Source of the DNA: Diadema setosum
Taxonomy: Eukaryota
Length of the DNA: 62,000 nucleotides
NCBI RefSeq assembly: GCF_964275005.1
Contig: NW_027307649.1
Location: 682,001-744,000 of the forward strand
Direction of reading: 5' to 3'
Shown one piece after another: positions 12,301 through 24,200 of the stretch. The notes beneath the pieces are model-generated. The model worked only from the letters and a program-made list of their open reading frames with translations, was not told where the DNA came from and ran no database searches. A program made the translations under genes and the position numbers. The first letter of the stretch is position 1, and the number at the start of each line of letters is the position of its first letter.

Positions 12301-15235
12301 GGCCGAATGGGTGCGGGGTGTGAGCCAGAGCTGCAGGGCAAAGACAAGGGAGCGCTCCTCCCTGTGCAGGTCATCGTGCTCCAGTTCGGTGATAAACTCA
12401 CTGTCATCCAGGACCCTCGACTCAACTTGCTCTGACAATGACAAATCATCAGACAGCATTCCATTTCACTTCTTGAAAGATGAATTTGAACATGTGAGGA
12501 CAACTAGCATATATTCGGCAAAAACGAGATGATGACGTGAGATATCGTTGTATACAAACAAGCAAGTCTGAGTTGCTGTCATACAGTGTACATCTAGTTA
12601 ATGCACTAATCAATTTGCATAATAGTTCAATTTGTATTTTTCAGCTTGCAGCTGACAAACTCTCAGTATTTCAGAACAGAATAATGGAAGGATGACATAA
12701 CTTTTGTGAAACATAACAAAGTGTTGATAAAACAAAAGATGTAGAGTGAAATATGAATCGTAAAGCAAAAGTAGAACAGAACGTGGGATAATATACAATC
12801 AGATGTCATGTGTAGTTGTACAAACCATGTACCTTACATTCATCAAACCATAGTTCTGAAGGGCTGATTTTGCATAAAATTTGAAGAGAGATGGCTACAA
12901 GGCTTCTTTAGCCATGCATTGTACACGTGATGCAGTTCCCTGATTGAAGGTTTTGTGAGAGACCAAACGGACTGTACTCACCTTCACTGCTAGAGGGCGT
13001 TGGACTGTTGATGCTATTCCTGGGTGACAGCTGGTAGCGCTGTCGCTTGGACATCAACCTCACAGTGGCAAGGTGGATGATGCCTTTGAGGGCGCAAACA
13101 CCCAAGTGATATTCTTGCTTGTCTGAATACTACGAAAGAAAACAAAAAGAGATCAAAACACTTTAAAAATACTGTAAATGTGGAATATTTGATTGTGCAG
13201 TGTGGTTTTTTTCCACACACTGCTGGACTGAAGCATAAAAAAAAAAAAAAAAAAAAAAACCCAGTGAGAATAGAGTTTTGGGATATCAAAATAAGAACAG
13301 AATTCTCTATTTCTATGTGAAATTAAATGTCAAAATCAAGCAAATAGTAATGTCTCAGCAGAATGGATACCAAACTGTATTATATGCCGCAATCATTGAC
13401 ATACGCATACAGTGCTCAATTTTCACCCACTTACTTTATGGGAGCATTGGCATTACATAGTGAAATCTATAATTATCTTTTAATATTGAATGCTATGAAC
13501 TGCTATAATTCACCTTATGATAGCATTATCCTATCAACGAAAATTTGTATGAGTACTCCCAATAAAATTAAGATGACCACAACTTGGGCCCCCACCCACC
13601 GGTCCATCCCCCAGAACAAACTTGAAACTACAGTCATCAATGTTATGTACTTACTCATGGCATTAGCTTAATTTAGGAATTTGAAAATTATTTTGAAAAT
13701 AAGTACAGATGTACATGTAGTATTACAGAATATGGTGCAAACATTCTGGATACCAGCTCTGTTTTGGGTAAAGTGTTTCAGGTTTGTTCTTCCCTTTCCT
13801 TTTGAGGGAAAATGACATGAGAACACGAGACCAGTCAAAGAGGCTTTGAGAGTACTCACAGCATTCTTGATCATCTGTGTGAGGCGACAGAGCTTGGTGG
13901 CCAGCCGCGACGCCTCCTGGAAGCAGTTGCCTATCAGGAGGGTCTCCAGGATTATGTGCATGTCTGGAATCACCATGGCAACGGGTCGCAGGGATGTCTG
14001 CCAATACAACAGGAGGGTGACAATGAGGATTTGCCATATGGGATGAATGCTGAATGTACATGTACGTACTTTTTGAAAGTACACTTTTTATATTTTTTAC
14101 AATATAAATTCTGATGTGTACAGGTCTTTATGAGTAAAATGCACAATGATAATATTGATGATGGGTATTAACAATGATCAAAGAAATGATTAATGATAGT
14201 GGTTGATTTTCCTTGGATCTACTTTTTTTGAAGAAGAAAAAATGTGTTAGAGTCTGACATTTGGTGATGTATCAAATATAGACATGAAATACATTTCTCA
14301 AACTTTTCATATGATTTCACAAGGTAAAAACTGTTAGGGTAACCTTACTGATTATCTTAATTTGGGTTCTGTTGTTTGGTATTCATTTTACTGGATTGGG
14401 CAACTACTTTTAAAAAGTGGTTTGGGCAACCACTTTAAAAAAAAAAAAAAAAAACTATTATGTTTTGTGTTGTGTCTGTTGGTTGTAGGATATTATCATC
14501 ACCATCATTCTTATCATCACAATTATCATCATCCTCATCATCATCATCACCCTCATCACCCTAATCATCCTCATCATCCTCCTCATCCTCCTCATCCTCC
14601 TTCTCATCATCATCATCACCATCATCACCATCATCACCATCCTCCTCCTCATCATCCTCATCATCCTTATCATCATCATCACCATCATCCCCATCATCAC
14701 CATCACCACCCTCCTCCTCCTCCTCCTCCTCCTCCTCATCATCATCATCATCATCCTCATTCTCATCATTCTCATCATCATCATCATCATTATCATCATT
14801 CTCGTTGCCTCAAGATGATCCCATACCTTGAGGCTGTCAGGGATGACATGTGCCAGCCTGTCACCCGTGTCCAGGGTCATAAAGCAGGAGTAGTTGAGGT
14901 TGGCCTGGACGAGGCGGCCATCAAAGGTGACATGACCACAGTACTGGGGCCGGTAGGTCCACTGCTGGAGGGAGCTGAAGTCCGGTGAATCCGGGAGGCT
15001 GTCCGGAGGTTTGTGCTTGATCATGGCTACTCAGTGACCACACCCAAGAGAATAAGACAGGCAAGAAAAAAATGAATAGAGTTTAAGATTACGATGAGTT
15101 AATCCAAGTAATAGAATTAATGAAAAATATTATTTGTTTTTTTGTTTCCAAAAGCAGCATAGAAGCGAAGAAATGTAATGGCTTATAATGGCCAAGCTCT
15201 TTGTGACTGCTGAAACTCTAGCACAACTTGTCTTT

Positions 15236-15270
<35 letters not shown>

Positions 15271-18200
15271 AACTTATCTGTAATACATGGTTTTAATAAA
15301 ACAAATAATGTACTTTCTCCTAATTTGTCAGAAATACATGTAAAGTTCACTGGACTAGAAGGGTTCATAATATGTGAAAGTGATCATAAATTGAAAGAAC
15401 AGTGCCTAAGCCTCAGATGATCCTACTACTTGACTACTTGTACATTGAGTGTATTTTAAGTCTGCAGCCTACAATCGTATATTATCTAATTGTACTACAG
15501 GCCAGCATGCAACATGGTACGGCAACTAAATCACAACATATCACAACTGCCAGAAGAATGCTTTTATTTGGTTCAGAGAAACAGGATTAACATCATATTA
15601 CAGTGCATAACTACACACTGTTGTGTGTATACAACTACAACAGCTGTTGTATGCGCTAACAGTTCTTGGAATGCACTCGTTTGTATCTTGCACTAATTAA
15701 ATTACTTTTATTACCCATTCATAGTGATAAGAGCATTAAGAAGCAAAGTAAAGTCAGCAACTTCTGCAACAAAAAAACACTACAATGCAGAAGTATACAA
15801 ATTAGGCAAATAAAAGAAACAGTCACAGTATAAACGTGAACATTCCGTGTGACGGACTGTAGCTAATTGTCCTTTAACCCCACACTAAAACTGTTCAGCT
15901 TGGCATTTCTACTGCGCATATCAGCATCACATACTCATAGGCATACACACACTCATCAATTTTGGAGTCTACAGAAAGTAGCCAGACATACAGCAAAAGA
16001 AGTACAAAGGTAGCAGCTCATTATTTGCTTGTCTTGCAGAGATGGAACAGCCAATATCTCTGTCAACACTGGTCACCACCAGCTTTAACTTGAGATCTGG
16101 CCTATGCTTACAACTTCCAGCCAAGTAATCGATGATACCTACTTTCCCCAAGGAAACTCAAAATGTCTGACAGCATCATAATATAAAAACAGCAAGGGTA
16201 TTTAGCCAGAGTAACAAAGTTTGAAAAGTAATGTGAACATGGCTGAATGAATATGAACTCATATTCATACATTAGTGCTTGTGTAGCATGGCACACAGAT
16301 ATTGGAATGGCACGTTAAGACTTACATGTAAATTGTGCTTTATAGTGGGACAAGAAAATGTAGGTATTTGTAGGCTAACAGATGCAAAGTATTAACAAAA
16401 GATCAAATACAGTGTAGAAGACACAGTGACAAGACAGACATTGGCTCATACAGTGTACAATGTACATGTACATGTACAGTACACGTGGAGGTGTCGTGGC
16501 TGAGTGGATAAGAGCGCTCGTCTGTGAACGACATGAGCGTGGTATGGTTCGTGGGTTCGAGCCCATGCCAAGCCCGACACGTTTGCCCTTCAGCAAGGCA
16601 CTTTATCCACATTGCTGCTCTCCACCCAGGAGTATAAATGGGTACCCGGTAGGATGAGAAAGATTATGTTGGTTGATCAGCATGTGCGCGCCTGTAAAAT
16701 GGCTGCGACTGGCTGGAATGCTCCCCAGGGAGTGGAGAATGAGCACTGTTAGTCCTGGTTGGAAATAATGTATCCAGTGACCGGGGTAATAATAGTCTGT
16801 AAAGCGCATTGAAACCCTGAAGTGTGTGTGAAATGCGCTATATAAAAACCAGCTATTATTATTATTATTACAGTTGTACACATAGCTGGATGCAGACACA
16901 ACAGTAGAAATACATGCTTACAGCACACCAAAAGTCTAAGAAAACAGAGAAGGAGGAAGAAGAAAGAGGAACAAAACACACAATGTAATAATATATATTG
17001 TAAATGTACATAGTATTCCTTGTCAGTGGTGTTACAGGAGATGTAGAATATCTCTGTTATGGTTGCGGACAAACGACTGGCAATAAAGATACACACAAAC
17101 ACACAGACACACAGGTGAGAAGGAGAGAAACAAAGACAAAATTGAATAACATGGCTATGGAGCGGCCAATTCAACATATTTGGGCAAGGGGTTCCAGTTC
17201 AAAACTGTCAAAATTTAGCTCTCTAGAGTTGATCCCTTTTTAAATAAGGTCATACAGTCTCAGATTTTTAGTTAATGAATTAAAAATATGAATTTTCAAC
17301 GTTTATTAGAGCTTTCTTAATCCATAAATTCTTTTAAGATAAAAAAGTGTCTGTGGGCATTTGACATCTGATCTGGAAAACAGTATAGCAATGACTCAGA
17401 CTGCGCAGATACCATTTGATATACAATATTATGCTAAGGTGCAATATTTAATGAATTACCAGACCACCCATAAAAGAGTGCTTGTACCTGAAGTCCAGAA
17501 AAGTGTGCAATTTAATTTAATAACAAAGTTGACACTGAGTCACAAGTGTTGATCACAGTACCCTAGTCCAAGAAACCATTGCAGTGTACAATGTACCATA
17601 CACTCCGACACATGAATGAAGAAGACAGAACCCTTTACCATACATTGCACCGCATCAACCAAACAGAGATACTCGTGAGATAAGGATGTACTTGCAAATC
17701 ATATTTCTTCATAGTAGCAGAAAGGCTCTAGAAGTCTAGCAAGTTTCAAATGGTCCTTACTTTAAACATTCATGTCATGTCAAGCCTACTCTGTAGCTCA
17801 CAAATACTTCAGTGAGTTTCAAAAACTCTACAAAGCAGAAGGGACTAAACTAAATTCTCATCCAAAAGTCTACCTCTAAATATTATGCTTACATCCATTT
17901 CACAACCACAAAAAAAAAAAAATGAAATTATACATTTTTTCCAAAGAAAGACTTCCAAAGAAAGAGTTTTCTTGCCACCCTCAAAACACAAAATCTTCTA
18001 CTGAAAAATTGTATGGTAATGCAAAAAAAAAAAAGAAAAAAAAACTCAAAAAGACGTTATTCTTATTTTTCATGGAAAACAACAAAACATACATTCACAA
18101 TGATAATCTAGCAGTTCTGCATTTGACTACTTGACTACAACTCTACATGTTGAAATATGTGAATGAAAAAAAAATAGGTACTTCAGTCTACAAATTTATC

Positions 18201-21200
18201 AGCAGCACAGCACTTGAAGAGGAATTTTCAATAAAAGAATTCCGATACCGGTAGCTGATTGCTGACAGAAAATGAAATTAATGAAAAGCAGCATAAAGAT
18301 GAAAAACAACTAAAGCTTCAGCTATATTGTTCCAGATGATGCTGAAAATGGAATGGTCATAATCTAATGACATTGGCAAGATAAATGCAAATGAGGTGCA
18401 ACGAAAATGCAACGAAAATGAATTATGGCTTTCTTGGTGTAGCAGCTGTATTAAAAAAAAAAAAGAAGAAAAAGATATAATTATGGCAGCTCCATATACC
18501 TACATGTACAGTGCACAGCTGTAACAATCTATGACTATGTCTGTGACTGCAAAGATAAGAAATCTACATCATGTTGATTTTCATGGAGAGTGTTTACCGG
18601 TACATGTAATTCAGCACAGTCCTTCTTTGGCAAGACAAGGACAGAGTTTAAGTTTTGAGGCTGTAGGTAGATGTGGAACTGAGATACATTATTTTGTCTG
18701 TTTGTCATTTTGGTGATGTCATGCAAACACAAATCAGCACATCTACAAAGACAATAAAAATGATAGTCTACATCGACACTTTTTGGTAATAGACACTCTC
18801 TGAAACGTTAGATTCTGTTCCTTATTGACTTATCATAAGTAAGTCATTTGTTTAATGTAAAATGTGATTGTGTATCAAAATCCTAATTCTTATCTTGCAG
18901 ACACAGCCTAAATGCAAAGAAGTGAACTATATGAGGCAATAAATTGAAATTTATAGTGTCAATTGATTATAAAGTGATCGATAATTTCTATATCTAATGG
19001 TGGCACTTTGTGATTCATAGATGCATATGAAAGCAGGAACATTAAAAAGTATTACCCTACTTAATTATTAACTATGCCATGTGTGAAGGTTAGCAAAGCG
19101 AAAATGGAAAGTTTCAAATTATGTTGAGAAAAAAAATAAATAAACAGAGGCTATAATGAGCAGTTGAAGAAAACATAACACCTGGTCAATGATGCACTCC
19201 AAATGAAGAGTGAGTTTTTCAAAATATATGTATGCATTGTGAGCATCAAAAGCGTAGGAGAATCTGAAATGCATGCAAGAGTTTAATATATGTTGACGAT
19301 TCTGAGTAGTACAAACCTCCATACATAACTGTAGATATAAAGAACAATAAAATCGAAAACATGGATATGGATGAAGCAAAACTGCACATTTGTCATTTGT
19401 AAGCCAAGCCATGTATGATGCTGCAGGATTTATCTCTGGTTTTGATTACTTATGATACAATCACATAATTATGCAAGAACACACAAAAATGTGCAATTTG
19501 TATTGTTCTAATTGCCATCCTTAAAGATGCATCAACACAGAGAACTATTACTCAAATGACTGAACAATTTGTAAGCCTGAATGATATCATTTCTGTTCTC
19601 ACACTGTCCGATCTTGACAAACGCAAATTAAGATATGCCCAGATGCTTCTACCTACTGCTAATTTTCTGTACTGATTTATTCACCATACTGATTTTGTAG
19701 CAAATTTCAGAATATGGAAAACATTAACAATCTTAAACTTGTCAGAGGGACAGTGATCACAGTAAGATTTTGACAATTTTAGTACTTAGTCTCGGTACAA
19801 ATAAATGTAAATATCTATCAAGTTGTCGAAACTTTGCTTGCACATGGGAGTTGCCTGCCACATTTGATCTACATAATTCATATCCTTAAACAGTAGCCAG
19901 GCTCTTGTACAGTAAAATCTTCCCGAATTGTCTACTCTCTCTTTTCACTTTCTCTCTATCATGCTATCTATCAATGCATTATCTGTTTATCTATACTACT
20001 GTAGGTTGATCAATCCATCAGCTTCCTATCAAATAAATACAATGTAGTTGAATTTCAAGATGCATCATATTTTTACCACAAATAGATGCAGAGCAGCACA
20101 TAAAACCATAACTCTATTTTATCATTCATCATGAATTATTGTTAACAAGAGAAATTACTGCAAGCAACATGACAAAGTATTTGTTTTGACGCAGCTCTCT
20201 TTTCTGATGTGAAGACAAAAGCGATGAATAATGAAATTTGAAAATTGCCACCGGGCCAAGTTTTAACTCAAATATTAAAGAGAGAGTAACTGAGCAGAAT
20301 GCATATTTTGCACATCATCCACATTCCAAACAAGGAGTAGGAGTTTAGCGAAGCCATTTCGAATATGAACCATAAACTGTTGATTGGTGAAATCAAAATT
20401 GGAAGAACAGATTTTAAAAAGAAAAGACTTAATAAATGAAATGTAATGATGTTACTTCTCACTTTCATACCCAGCTACACCTCATGAATATCTGTATGCT
20501 AGTTAGTCTTATAATACTAATAGTGTTTTTTTACCCCATACCATAAGCATACTTGTATATGAGAGTATGATAGTAGTCTCAGTTAAGATACTATTTGAAC
20601 TCCTTATAATACACGGATATGCATTTAAATATGACATTAATTAGTAAAATAATGCAAAAAACACACACAACACTTCAACTTACAGTGTAGAGACACATTT
20701 TGTTAATTTGCAACCATTCCATCGCAAGTTTACATGTAATTGCTCATTGTAAGTACAGCATACAGTTCTAGGCTGAAGTGCACAAATTTGTTTGAGGTTT
20801 CTCAAATCCACTGGTACAGGCTGTATAAGCCTGAAGGAAGTCAATCAGAGCTTTTAGACAGAAGTGGTGGCTTCATTTTATTGATATAGCCTCAAGAAAC
20901 AATTCTGGAAGTACCCTATGTAAATGTAACTGTGTGGTTGCAGAAAGGCATTTTTATACAAATACCCAACATCAACAAGAAAATTTCACTTCATTCATAC
21001 AATAAATTTACTAGCTTGAAGCCAAAACCTGTACTTTCAGCCAATAAATAACCAGGGAAATAGGCCAACTCATACCTTCCACAAATCTGCAAAATGTTTT
21101 CAAGTACACATTCCCCATGATCAGAATTCTATTTTCCTGAAACCTTAGAAATAAAAGCCCCTGTGTTGCACTGAATCAATTATGTATATACACTTTGACC

Positions 21201-24200
21201 AATGAGTCCACACTCTGTTAGCGCTGCAATGTTGATGATTTGTACATGGATAGGAGGGAGATGATAGCAACTGAAATCATCCATACCTGGTCCCTGCACC
21301 TCTGTGAAGAGGGGCACCGGCTCCAGATCGTAGTGGTCGCCAGAGGCGTGGCCGGCTGCCCTGGAGACAGAGTGTCGACGCCTGCCGAACTGGCCCACCT
21401 CACCCGGCTCCTCATCCGTTAGGACGCCATCCAACTGAGACATCCGACTTGCATCCTGGTCATTCATAAACAAAAATTTGGATTCAGCAATATATCGTCT
21501 GTTGAGAATGAGAAGGGCGTTAAGTTGTCTCGAACACTATGGGTTTAGTGGCAACTTAATGCCCTTATCATTCTCAACCGACGATATGCAGTTAGAGTTC
21601 GCCTGTGTGTGTGTATGTAGGATTGTGTCAATTTGGGCTGAAAGGTCATACCTTCATAAAAGATTTAAAGCCTCATTTTGATCCACACTCTCTTTGACAT
21701 GAGATGTTACATTTCATATTTTTAATAATAATTGTTTTGTGAATACATCCTTCAAGTGGAAAACATATCAATAAATGAAATGGAAACAAAGAAAGAAAGA
21801 ATAAAGTCTGAATGTGTAAATGGTTGTGCATCATAAATACATTATACAAATGTAAATATGGAGTAATGGATAAGAGGAAGCTAAAGCCAAGTTTTGATAA
21901 AGTGTCAACTCAACCCCTTTTTTCCCAATAAAAGCGTATAAATCAAATCGACTGGACTTACTTGTGAAAATCACAGAGAGAACAGTTTTGTGACTTGTGC
22001 GAGTTACTTTTTCAGCTCTGTCTGACAATAAAAGCAGTAACATCGCTCATTCACCATCACGGGTAAATGCTCGCCAGCCAGACAGAGATGAAGGAGTGAC
22101 CTGGACAAGTCATGAAACTGTTCTGTTCGTGATTTTCACATTCCAGTAAGTCCAGTCAACCAGATTTAATTTACACGCTTTAGCATACTACCTGGATGAA
22201 TCAGAATCAACATTGATATATTTTTATAAAACATAGTGCACTTTCATTGCAGATGTCTGATTCCTTTACACCACAACCTCTCTTCATCATGACATCTGCA
22301 CTCGCTGTCTTCACACTGAACCTGAAAATGCAGTCTCTCCATTGTCTCCACACATAATTATTGTAATTGGCACACTATTCTTCTTGATAAGTCTTCTAAC
22401 TCAGCAAGCTCCTAACCCTTACTGTGCCTTCTATGCTGATTGGAACAGATGTCTGGAAACCAATCATCAATGAATAGAGATTACCTATTAATCCCACTAG
22501 TGGTAATCTCCATTGTGTTTGTTTATACCATGGCCATCCTGTCGGAATGAGGACCACTGTTACACCTGTGTGAGCTTACTTTTTAACAAGGTCAAGTTTG
22601 GATGGATTATTAAATGCTGAAGAAAGAGTTTGGCAAGTTAAGCCATGTGCCTGGGCACATACAGGATTCAACAGCAAGTGAAATGATAGTACAAGAGAGA
22701 GAGAGATGAGACACTGCCCTTGTTTCTATCCATTGCATGCATGCAGGTTATATAAAGGCTTTGAAATGGAAACTTGCCAGTACATTGCAACACCATCCAG
22801 ATTTGATACATGTAAAAAGTTCAAAAATTTGCTCCTGCACTTCAATACTCTGCTTTAGACTGACTGTTACTATCTAAACATAGAATTGTGTTTTAATATC
22901 TACCCAAGATAACCCCCTGTGATATTAATACAGGTGATGAAGTCAAATGGTAAGTGGCTACAGTAAAAACAAACAATTAAATAAGCAAACAAAACAAAAC
23001 AAAGTAGAGACAAAAATGACATCCCAGGCTCACTACAGGACTGTGATTATAGCTGATTGAATGGTGACTAATGACAGCAATTCCCCCCCCCCAAAAAAAA
23101 AAAAAATGATACTGATTGGTCAATGTTCCTCAACATTACACTGCAACCGTTGGCAAGAGAGTGCTGAGCTTTATATTACGAGGGTCTGCAGTCGATATAA
23201 GGCAAGATGTCATCACAGACTGATGGATGACCCATGATGGCTCACCTGTGGGTCCCCGGGGAAGGTGGTAGGGCGTCGTCCATGCTGCTCCTCCCTCACC
23301 TGGTAGGAGTGCAGGGTGGTCAGGGAGTGGCGTCTCCTGGGGCTCGTCTTTGGCACCTGTGTGACAATGTTTGGTCATGTTTCAATTCATTGCATTAAAT
23401 CACGCTTTATGGAGTGGTACATAGTCTTTACTTCAAATCAACCAAATTATTGAAACGAGGCGGGGGATGGGGGGATGAAAAGGTTGAGTGTCGTCGTATT
23501 TCGACAATGACAAACGTTCTGAGCATGAATGCTGCAGTTGAACTTCATGGTTTCTTATACAAAGTTTGTACATGTACCGTACTCATGAGGAAAAAATTAT
23601 TACCTAGGTACAGCATTAATGCATTGAAAATGTACAATTCACCAGTCTGGAGCTGTTTTCGTTTTCCACCATTCTCAACCAACGGGGTATGTTATTGCCT
23701 TGTGGCCAGCAGAGAGACACTACGAAGTGTACATGTACATGTACCTCATATCATGACAGGAAAGATAATTTTGGGGGCTACAACAGAAGTGTTGTAGCAT
23801 CCCAAAGCGTTCATAATGATGCAAAAAATAGAGCCTAGGACAGCATAGTAGAGATGTTACCAATAACGACTGGAAGGTGAAAGCATTTGAGACTTGTTTG
23901 TTGATAAAATTTTCAGCTAGCAGTCTCCTGCTAGCCCCAGAATACATTTTTGTTCATTCAGCCTTTAGATCAAAGCTCAGGAGAGGGAGGTAACAAAGAG
24001 AGAACCAGTCCAACCTTGTAATCATGCTTGCTGGTTCCCTTGTTGTTGTACAGAGAGCTGGTGGCTTGCAGGATTTGGTAGGCGTGGCACAGGTACTCCA
24101 GCTGTTGGCTTACGACAGCCATCAGACCTGCAATAAAGTCACAAGCACAAAATACACATAACAGAGATAGGCCATTTCATCAGACTAAAGAGAAAGAATG

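Noticed and set aside
14362..14988. 208-aa His/Pro-rich plus-strand ORF
   Set aside because: Translation of a CAT/CCT microsatellite plus the antisense of exon 30; the same applies to 32671-33387 and 56232-56922.
16112..16138. Possible 27-nt phase-1 microexon (GIIDYLAGS) on the minus strand
   Set aside because: Good donor (gtaagc) but purine-rich acceptor; not needed for frame and cannot be distinguished from chance.
16487..16570. Possible tRNA gene
   Set aside because: A/B boxes are present, but the sequence continues into a SINE body and (TAT)n tail, with no clean cloverleaf.
17010..17076. Exon-like segment after ttgccag on the minus strand
   Set aside because: Stop codon in the required phase-1 frame and no convincing donor.
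21569..23707. Shared CATTCTCAACC motif upstream of both RRRHS exons, suggesting exon duplication
   Set aside because: The match is only about 11-14 bp, and the exons do not align outside RRRHS.
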